The position numbers were made by a program, and so were the translations under genes. A stretch of 64,000 nt of DNA from Bacteroidaceae bacterium (GTDB lineage Bacteria; Bacteroidota; Bacteroidia; Bacteroidales; Bacteroidaceae): the NCBI GenBank assembly GCA_024688885.1, contig JAILDV010000003.1:3668-67667 (forward strand). The letters are read 5' to 3'. Shown piece after piece: positions 17,434-27,339 of the stretch. The notes under the pieces were generated by a model. It searched no databases. It saw only the letters and a list, made by a program, of their open reading frames with translations, and was not told the origin of the DNA. How positions within the stretch are numbered: the first letter of the stretch is position 1; every line of letters starts with the position of its first letter.

Positions 17434-18000
17434 TCAATCTTGTAACTTTGAATCCATTTTACAAATCTTTCTTGTTTCTTTGCGGGCTTCTTTCCAACGT
17501 GGGAAATACTTATCCATCAGCATGTGAAAACGAAGACTGTGATTGGGTTCCAACAGGTGGCAAAGTTCGTGAACCACAACGTGTTCAACGCACCACGTTG
17601 GCAATAACAGCAGATAGATGGAAAAACAGATGGATTTGCTGCGCACGTTGCAGACGCCCCATCTGGAAATCATTGGTTTATATGTAATTGCAAGGGGCTT
17701 TACACCCATGACTTTTGCATAGCTCTCAACCATCGGCTCTATCAAAGTGTTCAGTTTGGAGATGGCTTCGGCTTTCTGTTCTTTTGTGAGAAGCGGCAGC
17801 TGATTGTAAAACACCGCCCTGCTCTTTTGCTGCTCTTCAGTCTTCTTCCGTGCCTTGACGATCCAATCTCGATGTTCCCTTATAAAGCGCACCACTTCAT
17901 CCTTGGGCACACCATAGGGTGCTGACACATGCACATCCCCACCTTTCACGATGCGCATCGACAGCCTTTTTGTCCATCTGTAGGTCACGTGTATAGCCAT
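17434..18000 (-). CDS. DUF45/YgjP-like (M48/SprT-like) zinc metallopeptidase-fold protein
   Basis: 188 aa with an HExxH motif in VVHELCHLLEPNHSLRFHMLMDKYFPRWKE. Confidence 0.8.
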   Translation of the reverse strand: MAIHVTYRWTKRLSMRIVKGGDVHVSAPYGVPKDEVVRFIREHRDWIVKARKKTEEQQKSRAVFYNQLPLLTKEQKAEAISKLNTLIEPMVESYAKVMGVKPLAITYKPMISRWGVCNVRSKSICFSIYLLLLPTWCVEHVVVHELCHLLEPNHSLRFHMLMDKYFPRWKEARKETRKICKMDSKLQD

Positions 18001-18206
18001 ATCATCTTATTTCTCTACAAATGTAGGCATTCCATCCATGATATGAAGAGGATAGCACGGATTATTTCTGTTATTACGGAATAATTGATGTTTTTTAAGG
18101 GGGAAAAGTTCTTTTTTACGATGAAAACACTTATTTTTGCAAACGAAACAAGGAAGCACCGCATGGATTGCCTCATGAGGACAAGCATACGGAACGTGTG
18201 TAGAAG

Positions 18207-19721
18207 ATGTCAGAACAGCAACGGACATATGTAGCCATCGACTTGAAGTCGTTTTACGCTTCGGTGGAGTGTGTGGACAGAGGGTTAGACCCACTGACCA
18301 CCAATCTTGTAGTGGCAGACGCGAGCCGTACGGAGAAGACCATCTGTTTGGCTGTTTCACTCCCGTTGAAGGCGTATGGTTTGGGAGGAAGGGCGCGACT
18401 GTTTGAAGTGGTGCAGAAGATGCGGGAAGTGAATTCTGAGCGCAGAAGGGTGTCTCCGACAGGGAGGTTGACAAGAAAATCCACATCGGACACGGAACTG
18501 AAAGCACATCCTGACTGGGAAGTGGATTATATTGTTGCACCACCCAGAATGGCACACTATATGGAAGTGAGTTCGAAGGTGTATGGCGTCTATCTGAAAT
18601 ATATTGCTCCGGAAGATATTCATGTGTACTCGATTGATGAGGTCATCATGGACGTGACCTCCTATCTGAAAATCTACAAGAAGACTGCGCATGAACTGAC
18701 GATGACGATGATTCGTGACGTGTTGAAACAGACAGGCATCACGGCAACTGCGGGTATTGGCACGAACATGTATCTCTGCAAGGTGGCAATGGACATCATC
18801 GCGAAGAAGATGCCTGCCGACGAGGATGGCGTGAGAATTGCCGAATTGGATGAAATGTCGTATCGTCGGGAACTATGGAACTTCCGTCCGTTGACGAAGT
18901 TCTGGCGGGTGGGACGTGGCATTGCGCAGAAGCTGGAACTGTATGGCATGGACACGATGGGTGCAGTGGCTCGGATGTCTTTGCAGAACGAGGAATTGCT
19001 CTATCAACTTTTTGGTGTGAATGCGGAACTGCTGATTGACCATGCATGGGGTTGGGAACCCTGCACGATGGAGGCGGTGAAGGCGTATCGTCCAGAGTCG
19101 AACAGTTTCAGCAGCGGACAGGTGTTGCAGGAGCCTTACACATTCAAGAAAGCGCGGGTGGTCATACAGGAGATGGCTGAAGGTATGGCGCTTGACTTGG
19201 TGGCGAAGCGTCTGGTGACTAACCAACTGGTGCTGCACGTGGGATATGATGCGGAGAGCCTGACACGTCCGGAGATACGTGAGAAGTATCATGGAGAGAT
19301 TACGACCAACCACTATGGCAAACAGGTGCCTAAACATGCACAGGGCACATTTAATTTTGAAAAGCCCACCTCGTCGTCGCGGTTGATCATGAATGGCGCG
19401 GCAGCACTGTTTGACCGTTGCGTGAATGCCGACCTGCTCATCAGAAGGCTGAACCTGACAACGAACCATGTGGTGTCGGAAGCATCAGTGGCTGCACAAG
19501 AGCGGGCACCTGAACAACTTGACCTCTTCACGGACTATCAGACGCTCGAGAAAAAGCATCAGGAGGAACAGGCTCGGTTGGACAAGGAAAGAAGGATGCA
19601 GGAGGCTCAACTAAAGATTAAACAACGATTTGGTAAGAATTCTATTTTCAGAGGGTTAAACCTTAAAGAAGGAGCAACCGCCAAGGAACGCAACAAGCAA
19701 ATAGGAGGACACCATGAGTGA
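18207..19721 (+). CDS. Y-family DNA polymerase (DinB/UmuC-like)
   Basis: 504 aa with N-terminus YVAIDLKSFYASVECVDRGLDP...LVVAD, typical of the IMS/Y-family palm domain. A TATTTTTG box lies upstream at ~18132. Confidence 0.85.
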   Translation: MSEQQRTYVAIDLKSFYASVECVDRGLDPLTTNLVVADASRTEKTICLAVSLPLKAYGLGGRARLFEVVQKMREVNSERRRVSPTGRLTRKSTSDTELKAHPDWEVDYIVAPPRMAHYMEVSSKVYGVYLKYIAPEDIHVYSIDEVIMDVTSYLKIYKKTAHELTMTMIRDVLKQTGITATAGIGTNMYLCKVAMDIIAKKMPADEDGVRIAELDEMSYRRELWNFRPLTKFWRVGRGIAQKLELYGMDTMGAVARMSLQNEELLYQLFGVNAELLIDHAWGWEPCTMEAVKAYRPESNSFSSGQVLQEPYTFKKARVVIQEMAEGMALDLVAKRLVTNQLVLHVGYDAESLTRPEIREKYHGEITTNHYGKQVPKHAQGTFNFEKPTSSSRLIMNGAAALFDRCVNADLLIRRLNLTTNHVVSEASVAAQERAPEQLDLFTDYQTLEKKHQEEQARLDKERRMQEAQLKIKQRFGKNSIFRGLNLKEGATAKERNKQIGGHHE

Positions 19722-19773
19722 TGGACATTTCACCATTCGAAATTGATTATTCACCATTGACCATTTACCCATT

Positions 19774-19965
19774 ATGGAAGAATACGAGGACATCATCAAT
19801 TTGCCACATCACGTGTCGAAACGCCATCCACAGATGACGATGTGGAACCGTGCCGCTCAGTTCGCACCATTCGCCGCACTGGTGGGCTATGATGAAACCA
19901 TCAAGGAGTCAGCACGGAAGAACGAAGCACGTTATGAGGAGGAACATGAAACCTTTGAAGATTGA
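19774..19965 (+). CDS. YolD-like protein
   Basis: 63 aa with ..MTMWNRAAQFAPFAALVGYDE.., immediately downstream of the Y-family polymerase, which is a common pairing. Confidence 0.6.
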   Translation: MEEYEDIINLPHHVSKRHPQMTMWNRAAQFAPFAALVGYDETIKESARKNEARYEEEHETFED

Positions 19966-19989
19966 AATCCTTCTCAGATTTCCGTCCTA

Positions 19990-21606
19990 TTATTTGTATT
20001 CGAACCAATCTATATCCACATAACCGTCCCTGCCCTCAACGTTCTGCTGTGCAAAGACACCCAGCATGACACCTGTAAATCCACCTATCGTCTCGGTGCT
20101 GAGGAAACGGTACTCCATCTTGGCTAATGGAGTGAAATTAACGCCATCGGAGGATGCCGACATATAATAGAATTCCTTGTCGGAGGTGATGCGCAGATAT
20201 GCCTGATTGCCGGTCAACTCGATTTCCTTTTCATTGTGACTGGTCTGACCTAACCGTACATTCGACTTCATGAAAATCTTCCCATTTCTTTTCTCTGCCA
20301 CCACATCATAGTGATTTAACGGTGCCGCATAGGCTGTTATGCCTGCTTGCATCCCTTCCTCGAGATGGGTGAGGTCGAACAATGCCGTAGCAGTGAAAGT
20401 CAGTTCTGTCTGACGGCGTGCAACAAATGTGGGTGATGCTGTCACGCTAAGGTCGGTTGTGGAGGGGTGAAGACGAAGCCATCCTTTACGCTCTGTCAAT
20501 GAGTATTTGGTATAATCTGGATCGCAAAGGCTCATCCATCCCATAGGCAGACCTATAGAATGATAGCTGTCTTTCGGTGCGTTTCTTTTGACAAACTCAA
20601 ACTCTTCCCTGACGGGGTCTTGCTTTAGCGGCACTTGTGGAAGCGTTGCGCATTTCATGTCCACTTGCAACGTGCCATCCCCGTTCACCACAGGCCATGC
20701 ACCTTTTTCCCACTTCACAGGAGCAAGCATGGTTTCGCGTCCCATCACATGTTGCAGATAAGCGCTTGTTCTATATCCCAAACAAATCATCCACCACGAA
20801 GAATCGGGCGCCTGCACCAAATCGGCGTGTCCCAAGCCCTGTATGGAACTGTTCTGCATCTTCATGTTGAAGTGAGAGAGAATGGGATTGGAAGGGTTTG
20901 ACTGATAAGGTCCGAACAAGTCTTTGCTGCGCAGGATATTCACATGATGCCCATGCTCAGTGCCGCCTTCAGCAAGCAGCAGATAGTAGTAGCCATCTTT
21001 CTTATAGATGTGTGGTCCTTCAGGATAGCGTCCACCAAGACCTACTCCCAAGTGATGTATCTCGCCTAACTGCTTGCCCGTCTCCACGTCAATCTCGCAA
21101 ATCTTGATATCGCCCTCTTTCCACAGGAAATAGCACTTGCCCTCGTCGAAAAAGAGTGTTGGGTCACAACTGCCTATCGCAAAGTCTATCACGACGGGGT
21201 CCGACCACTCGCCGGCAGGATTGTCTGTCCACACATAGAAATGGCGACGAGAGGGAAAGACTGTCGTGACCATATAGAAACGCCCATTGTTATATCGGAT
21301 GGTGGGGGCATAGATGCCGCTGTTGCCATCGGTCTTCCTGAGGTCAACTTGTGTAGGACGAGTGAGACAATTTCCCACTTGTTCCCAGTTCACCAAATCT
21401 TTACTGTGAAAAACGGGTACTCCCGGAAAGTATTGGAATGTGCTGTTGACAAGATAAAAGTCGTCACCAACGCGACACACACTCGGATCGGCATGAAAAC
21501 CTGGAAGTACAGGATTCTTGAAACCTTGATTGGATGTGGTCAAGCTCTGAGCAAAGGAACAGAGAATGCTGGAGGTAAACAGCAGGCTAACGATGAGTCT
21601 ATTCAT
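19990..21606 (-). CDS. glycoside hydrolase family 43 (beta-xylosidase/alpha-L-arabinofuranosidase-like)
   Basis: 538 aa with a signal peptide. NPVLPGFHADPSVCRVGDDFYLVNSTFQYFPGVPVFHSKDLVNWEQVG is a typical GH43 start. Confidence 0.9.
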   Translation of the reverse strand: MNRLIVSLLFTSSILCSFAQSLTTSNQGFKNPVLPGFHADPSVCRVGDDFYLVNSTFQYFPGVPVFHSKDLVNWEQVGNCLTRPTQVDLRKTDGNSGIYAPTIRYNNGRFYMVTTVFPSRRHFYVWTDNPAGEWSDPVVIDFAIGSCDPTLFFDEGKCYFLWKEGDIKICEIDVETGKQLGEIHHLGVGLGGRYPEGPHIYKKDGYYYLLLAEGGTEHGHHVNILRSKDLFGPYQSNPSNPILSHFNMKMQNSSIQGLGHADLVQAPDSSWWMICLGYRTSAYLQHVMGRETMLAPVKWEKGAWPVVNGDGTLQVDMKCATLPQVPLKQDPVREEFEFVKRNAPKDSYHSIGLPMGWMSLCDPDYTKYSLTERKGWLRLHPSTTDLSVTASPTFVARRQTELTFTATALFDLTHLEEGMQAGITAYAAPLNHYDVVAEKRNGKIFMKSNVRLGQTSHNEKEIELTGNQAYLRITSDKEFYYMSASSDGVNFTPLAKMEYRFLSTETIGGFTGVMLGVFAQQNVEGRDGYVDIDWFEYK

Positions 21607-21621
21607 GATGATGGATTCTTG

Positions 21622-23172
21622 TTATTTTTTCAGACTGATTCCTTCTTGAGTGAGAGGAATAAACTTGATTTTCCCTGACTTGTCAAAATAGAGATACTCG
21701 GCACAAACACTCCGGCGGCAATCACCACCAGGTTCGCCATTCTGACTGTAGGAGCCATCGTGATAGATGTAATACCATTGTCCTTTGAACTCTATGACAG
21801 AAGGGTGAATGGTAAAGCCGTGATTGGCAGATGTGCTGATGAAGCCACCGTATGTCCAAGGACCGTGGATACTCTCCGCATAGGAATAAGCCATCTGTTC
21901 TGGTTGTACACCCGGAGCATCCGAAGCATATACATTATAGTAGAGCTTGCCGCGCTTGAAAAGCCAAGGACCTTCTGAATAGTTGCGCATGGGCACCTTC
22001 TTCACTTCACCGTCCAGTTCTATCATGTTTTTCTTCAGCTTCACCATATAGCAGTCACCGTTACCCCATGCAATCCAAGGTGTGCCGTCATCATCGATGA
22101 GCACTGTGGGATCAATATCGGCATTGGCACGATGAGAATCAGGTGTCATGTCGTCGGTGATAAGAGGTGTACCATCTTGGCGGGCAGGACGGAAAGGTCC
22201 TGTGGGAGAATCACTTACTGCAACATCGATGGTATGCTGACGATTATCTTTGCGGTCGAGTGTCACATAGTAGTAGAACTTACCATCTGCACCTTTCACC
22301 ACTTGTCCAGCCCATGAGCCGCCAGGTTGGGCATATGGGAAGTCCGCAGCAGAGAGGACAGCGCCGTGGGAAGTCCAGTGTATCATGTCTGTAGATGAAT
22401 AGCAAAGCCAATGGGGCATGTGAAACCATCCTCCCACGCCAGTCTTGTCCTCACCCACATAGGCATATACAGTGTTGCCCACTACAGTAAATGCAGGGTC
22501 GGCTGTAAAGACACCCGTAAACAGCGGATTCTGCCCTTCCACTCTTGGCAGTGATTCACCATCAATGGACAGGTTGCGCAAGTCACCGTTTCTCACTTGC
22601 AGGGCATTGGGGAACCCTCCCGGAAATCCGTGCCCGATGATCCACAGCGAACAGTTATGGCGCAATGCCTTACCAGGATAAGTGAGCTGTTCAAATTGAC
22701 CGTCAACCACCAAACGCACCGTTGATGCATCTTTGCGAACATCGTATTCAGCATGCGCTTCTACGGAGTACCAACGTCCTGTTTCCACTGTTGGTCCAGC
22801 ACAGAGACGGTGAGGTACTTCGTCTTTATCAGTGATTTCAACGAAGAACTGCCCATGCATATTATCATAGCCAATAGAGATATCACCATTGAGCGAATTG
22901 CGACCAAGAAGATGGCTTGCCTTTCCTTCCTTGCATATAAACACCTGCTCTGTACCAAGCGTACCACAACGCAGCTCTGCCTTCACCGTCCATCCTTTCT
23001 GCCAGTCAACGTATGGTAATGGATGGTTGTAGTTCAGTTTGTGTTCGCTCACGTTCAGGTGAAGCGTTCCGTTCTCGTCCACACCCTGAATATTCCAGTC
23101 CTTCAGGGTGTACTGTGCCGATGCAGTCATCACTGCCAGCATGCAAAAAATAGTGTAAATTGTTCGTGTCAT
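21622..23172 (-). CDS. GH43-family glycoside hydrolase with N-terminal lectin-like domain
   Basis: The ORF track gives 21622..23250. I prefer the Met at 23172 (MTRTIYTIFCMLAVMTASAQ signal peptide), which avoids overlap with the upstream gene. The C-terminal half has GH43-like blades (..DPAFTVVGNTVYAY.., ..DPTVLIDDDGTPWIAWG..). Confidence 0.85.
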   Translation of the reverse strand: MTRTIYTIFCMLAVMTASAQYTLKDWNIQGVDENGTLHLNVSEHKLNYNHPLPYVDWQKGWTVKAELRCGTLGTEQVFICKEGKASHLLGRNSLNGDISIGYDNMHGQFFVEITDKDEVPHRLCAGPTVETGRWYSVEAHAEYDVRKDASTVRLVVDGQFEQLTYPGKALRHNCSLWIIGHGFPGGFPNALQVRNGDLRNLSIDGESLPRVEGQNPLFTGVFTADPAFTVVGNTVYAYVGEDKTGVGGWFHMPHWLCYSSTDMIHWTSHGAVLSAADFPYAQPGGSWAGQVVKGADGKFYYYVTLDRKDNRQHTIDVAVSDSPTGPFRPARQDGTPLITDDMTPDSHRANADIDPTVLIDDDGTPWIAWGNGDCYMVKLKKNMIELDGEVKKVPMRNYSEGPWLFKRGKLYYNVYASDAPGVQPEQMAYSYAESIHGPWTYGGFISTSANHGFTIHPSVIEFKGQWYYIYHDGSYSQNGEPGGDCRRSVCAEYLYFDKSGKIKFIPLTQEGISLKK

Positions 23173-23188
23173 TTGTATTTTGTTTTTG

Positions 23189-23665
23189 TTATTGTTGTTC
23201 ATCCTCCACCTCACAATGCAGGAAGCCCATTTCCTTTGCTTTTTCTTCACCCATCAGGAAATAGATGGCTTCGCCTTCGTTGCAGACTTCGCCTTTGCTG
23301 TTGGTGATTTCCGCACTGATATAGGCAAGGTTTCTCACTTGTTTTGAGACTTTTGCCCTGATGGTCAGCACTGGTTCCGATGTGGGAACTGCCTTGCGGA
23401 ACTTCACATTCAGCTGGACGGTATAGCCGCTTGTCTGTAGCTTGCGGGTGACCACCCATCCGCACACTTCATCAATCAGCGTGCTCAGGATACCCCCATG
23501 CATGGTGTCCACCCATCCTTGATAGTTGCGCCCAGGATGCCAAGTGCTCACAATGTAGTCACCATCCTCGTAGAAATCCAAGTGTAATCCGATAGGGTTG
23601 TCAGGACAGCAACCAAAACAATTATAACCTATGTGGTTGCGCCAAGGGTTGATAATTTTCTTCAT
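23189..23665 (-). CDS. PaaI-family hotdog-fold thioesterase
   Basis: 158 aa with the MHGGILSTLIDEVCGW motif. Confidence 0.8.
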   Translation of the reverse strand: MKKIINPWRNHIGYNCFGCCPDNPIGLHLDFYEDGDYIVSTWHPGRNYQGWVDTMHGGILSTLIDEVCGWVVTRKLQTSGYTVQLNVKFRKAVPTSEPVLTIRAKVSKQVRNLAYISAEITNSKGEVCNEGEAIYFLMGEEKAKEMGFLHCEVEDEQQ

Positions 23666-23952
23666 ATCAGTTCATAAAGGAATGTCCCCTTCTTTACAAT
23701 CAGCATGAGAACAAGTGCAATCTGAATCATCAGTATCAGTGGAATGCCGTACTTGAACTTTTTGTGCATCGTCTTGTGATGCCATACTTTCATACCTATC
23801 CAAGCACCAACACTACCTCCAATGACTGCGATACTCAACAAAGTCATTTCAGGGATGCGCCACTTAGAACGCTTCGCCTTCCACTTGTCAATGCCGTACA
23901 AGAAGAAGGCGAACACGTTGATTGCCAAAAGATAAATGAGTATGAGCTTCAT
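23662..23952 (-). CDS. DUF1294-like small membrane protein
   Basis: 96 aa with ..YGIDKWKAKRSKWRIPE..GGSVGAW.GMKVWHHKT.H. It overlaps neighbouring genes by 4 nt and 1 nt. Confidence 0.75.
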   Translation of the reverse strand: MKLILIYLLAINVFAFFLYGIDKWKAKRSKWRIPEMTLLSIAVIGGSVGAWIGMKVWHHKTMHKKFKYGIPLILMIQIALVLMLIVKKGTFLYELI

Positions 23953-24482
23953 TATTGTATTGCGGCTTCGTCATAGACGCTCTTCAACTCGTCCATCACA
24001 ACCTTGCCGTTCTCCATGTGAAGCTTAATCTTGTTCTCACCATGCCAACCACCGTCAGTGAACGTGTAGTGATACCATCCTTCGTTGTCTTTTGTGATGC
24101 TGAGAACCTTTGATTTGACATCCTCTGCTCCGGGTTTGCCATCGTTCGAACTTGTGCGGAAAAGCCAAACTGCATAACCCTCACCATCATACTCATATTG
24201 GTCTTTGAGATATTGCAGAAAGGCTTTTGAGCAATGTGCCTCGAGGAAGTCATATTCAGTGTAGAGATCTTTCTCGTACATATTGGTGATGAAGTCTTGG
24301 ATGGCAGATTCATCCTCTGCAGCCTCCGCCCTGCCCTCTTCAACAGCTTGGGTTTCTTCCACCTGTTGTTCTTCCGTCACCTCTTCAGGTTCCGTTGAGG
24401 CGTTCGTACTATTACCATTATTACAAGAGGTGGCACATGCCAAGAAAGATGACACAGCCAATACAATCATTGATTTTTTCAT
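23952..24482 (-). CDS. hypothetical lipoprotein
   Basis: 176 aa with signal/lipobox ..SSFLACATSC and an acidic linker. Confidence 0.7.
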   Translation of the reverse strand: MKKSMIVLAVSSFLACATSCNNGNSTNASTEPEEVTEEQQVEETQAVEEGRAEAAEDESAIQDFITNMYEKDLYTEYDFLEAHCSKAFLQYLKDQYEYDGEGYAVWLFRTSSNDGKPGAEDVKSKVLSITKDNEGWYHYTFTDGGWHGENKIKLHMENGKVVMDELKSVYDEAAIQ

Positions 24483-24606
24483 AATTTTATAACATTTTAG
24501 ACGACAAAGTTAAGAATAATCAGGGGATTATTGCGATATTTGTACCCAAATTCATACAACTATATTGTCAAACACGACAAAAAACAGCAATAACAACGCA
24601 TTTGAA

Positions 24607-25335
24607 ATGAAAGTAAAGATTCAAACCATGTTGGGCGACATTGTAGTTCGCTTATACGACGAGACACCTATCCATCGTGATAACTTCATCAAATTGGCAA
24701 AGGAGGGCTATTATGATGGAACGCTTTTCCACCGAGTGATTAAAGACTTTATGATTCAAGGTGGTGACCCCGATTCGAAAGGTGCACCTGCAGGAAAGAT
24801 GCTGGGTGTGGGAGGTCCTGACTACACGTTGGAAGCAGAGATAAAGGATGGTTTGTTCCATAAGCGTGGAGCATTGGCGGCTGCAAGACAAGGAGATGAG
24901 GTGAATCCACAGCGCAGAAGCAGTGGTTCGCAGTTCTACATTGTTTGGGGACAGGTATATAACGAAGGACAACTTCGCCAGTATTCCAAGCAGTTGAGAA
25001 TGCAGAAAGTACAAGCTGTCTTCAATGACCTTGCAGCCAGTCATCGTGACGAAATCATGCAGATGCGCCGTGACAGAAATCGTGACGGACTTCAAGCCCT
25101 GCAAGATAAATTGGTGGCAGAAGCAGAAAGCAAGGTCGGCAAGAATGGTCTGACAGAGGAACAGTTGAAGGTTTACTCAACAATCGGAGGCACCCCACAT
25201 CTTGATGGTCAATACACCGTATTTGGCGAGGTGGAAGAAGGACTGGATGTTGTGGAAATGATTCAAAATTCAGCTACAGGACGTGCTGACAGACCTGTTG
25301 ATGACATTGAAATGCGGATGGTTGTTGTTGAATGA
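24607..25335 (+). CDS. cyclophilin-type peptidyl-prolyl cis-trans isomerase
   Basis: Has GTLFHRVIKDFMIQGGDP. The track start at 24565 is a TTG, so I prefer ATG 24607 (MKVKIQT..). Confidence 0.9.
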   Translation: MKVKIQTMLGDIVVRLYDETPIHRDNFIKLAKEGYYDGTLFHRVIKDFMIQGGDPDSKGAPAGKMLGVGGPDYTLEAEIKDGLFHKRGALAAARQGDEVNPQRRSSGSQFYIVWGQVYNEGQLRQYSKQLRMQKVQAVFNDLAASHRDEIMQMRRDRNRDGLQALQDKLVAEAESKVGKNGLTEEQLKVYSTIGGTPHLDGQYTVFGEVEEGLDVVEMIQNSATGRADRPVDDIEMRMVVVE

Positions 25336-25354
25336 AGATAGGGTGAATCTTTGA

Positions 25355-26149
25355 TTAAACCACATTGAAATGTCTTAAGGCATTGAGAATACCGTCATCA
25401 TCGACAGAAGTGGTGACATAATCTGCCAATTCTTTCAGTTCATCGATAGCATTGCCCATCGCAATGCCAATACCAGCCTGAACAATCATTGATGTGTCGT
25501 TGCCACCATCACCAAAGGCAATGGTTCGCTTGGGGTCAAAACCTTCATGACGAGCCATCGCAAGAATGCCTTTCCCCTTGTCTGCACCATTAGCAGTGAT
25601 GTCTGTAAATTCAGGATGCCACCTTCCTGACACGCACAGCGGTATGCGAGCCATCAGCTCCTGCTCGTAATCAGACCGGAAAAAGGGTGTTAACTGAAGA
25701 ATGTCCTGCTGGAGCACGTCTTCCAATAGCGAGGCATTTGCCAGTTCATTGACTGCCAACATCTGGTGAAAAATGCGCTCAACATCCCCCGTCGGATCAA
25801 GAACTGCCACGTCCTTACGTCCGACCACAATAAGACTATAGCCCTTCGCTTTCGCATCTTCCACACAGGTCATTACATCCTGTTTAGGAATTGGTTGACA
25901 GCAAACCAACTCATCCCCCACATAGCATAATGCTCCGTTCGTGGTGACATAGCCGTCAATAAGGTGTTCGATGGCTTTCAGATTCGTGATGATAAGTGGT
26001 GGACGTCCTGTTGCAATATACACTCTGGACCCGTTTGCCTTTGCCTGAGTTAATGCAAGAAGAGTGGAAGACGGAATCTCATGTGTATTGAAACTCACAA
26101 GTGTCCCATCAATATCGAAGAATAAGGCATATTTCTCTTTTGGCTCCAT
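25355..26149 (-). CDS. Cof-type HAD-IIB phosphatase
   Basis: 264 aa with FFDIDGTL and GDGGND motifs. Confidence 0.9.
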   Translation of the reverse strand: MEPKEKYALFFDIDGTLVSFNTHEIPSSTLLALTQAKANGSRVYIATGRPPLIITNLKAIEHLIDGYVTTNGALCYVGDELVCCQPIPKQDVMTCVEDAKAKGYSLIVVGRKDVAVLDPTGDVERIFHQMLAVNELANASLLEDVLQQDILQLTPFFRSDYEQELMARIPLCVSGRWHPEFTDITANGADKGKGILAMARHEGFDPKRTIAFGDGGNDTSMIVQAGIGIAMGNAIDELKELADYVTTSVDDDGILNALRHFNVV

Positions 26150-26189
26150 TACGCTATGCAGGGTTTCAACAGCTTCTTACAGTGTCATG

Positions 26190-26732
26190 TTATCGAATTT
26201 CTTCAAGTTCTCCTGTTTCAGAATCAATGATGAACCCACGAACAACAATGTCCTTTGGAACCAATGGATGTGTCTTGATGGTCTCAACGGTCTTACGGAC
26301 AGATTCAGGTGTGTCCTTGAAACCCTCCAGCCAATGATGCAGGTCTATTCCGCACTTCTGAATGGTGTCGAGCGTTTCGTCGGTCACACCACGGGCAATC
26401 ATTTCATGGTGAAAGTGGTCAAAACTCATGTGACAGGCACCACAGTGTGAATGAGCCACCACCATGATTTCCTCCACACCCAATTCATAAATGGCAACAA
26501 TCAAACTGCGCATGGCTGAGTCAAAAGCAGAGATGACCAAACCTCCTGCATTCTTGATAATCTTTGCATCGCCGTTCTTCAATCCCAATGCGGCTGGAAG
26601 CAATTCGGTCAATCGTGTGTCCATACATGACAGAACGGCAAGTTTCTTGTCGGGATACTTGTCCGTGATATACCTCTCGTAGCCTTTCTTTTCCACGAAG
26701 GTCTTGTTGTAGCTGATAATCTGGTCAATCAT
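26190..26732 (-). CDS. beta-class carbonic anhydrase
   Basis: 180 aa with CMDTRL and HSHCGA zinc-ligand motifs. Confidence 0.8.
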   Translation of the reverse strand: MIDQIISYNKTFVEKKGYERYITDKYPDKKLAVLSCMDTRLTELLPAALGLKNGDAKIIKNAGGLVISAFDSAMRSLIVAIYELGVEEIMVVAHSHCGACHMSFDHFHHEMIARGVTDETLDTIQKCGIDLHHWLEGFKDTPESVRKTVETIKTHPLVPKDIVVRGFIIDSETGELEEIR

Positions 26733-26847
26733 AAATTGTAGTTCATTCTCTGTCGTGGTGACTGTTTTGTCTTTCCACCACGCCGTTAATAAAATTGTCG
26801 TCTATTATCTTCGTCATATTAGCGTTCGTCCTGCTTTTTGAAGAATC

Positions 26848-27228
26848 CTAAAATCCGAAGAACTCTTTCAGCCCTACTTTTTCCTTTAGGTCATCTACAG
26901 TAAATCCAAAATGAGAGGCTGAAGCAAGGGTAATGACGCGTTCGAGAAACTCATCGTATGAAAACGAAAACCACTCCTCTGGAATATCCACATTGATAGT
27001 TCCTCCTCCATTGTGACTGCCCTCATTCCAGGCCTCGTCAAGTTCAGCCTCATACGTACCGCCGTCCTTCTTATTGAAGCAGTACCACGAAACCCATTCC
27101 TCCTGTCCTTCAACATTGTGACCTACGAATAGAGGGGCGGAGTGTGACTTTGGCGAATAGGCAACCTCACCCTTCTTCGCATTCCTGTGATAGATCATGA
27201 ATTTGTCTTTTTGCATAAAAACATCCAT
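26848..27228 (-). CDS. hypothetical protein
   Basis: The ORF track gives a start at 27249. A TACATTTG -7 box on the minus strand at ~27250-27262 argues for the downstream Met at 27228. Confidence 0.55.
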   Translation of the reverse strand: MDVFMQKDKFMIYHRNAKKGEVAYSPKSHSAPLFVGHNVEGQEEWVSWYCFNKKDGGTYEAELDEAWNEGSHNGGGTINVDIPEEWFSFSYDEFLERVITLASASHFGFTVDDLKEKVGLKEFFGF

Positions 27229-27339
27229 TTCTTGAAATAATCCTTGCAAATGTAAGAAAAATCATGGAATTATCCCTATATTTGTGCCCGCTTTTATGTA
27301 AAAACATTCTCAAACACAACAAAAGAACTGAAACTATAT

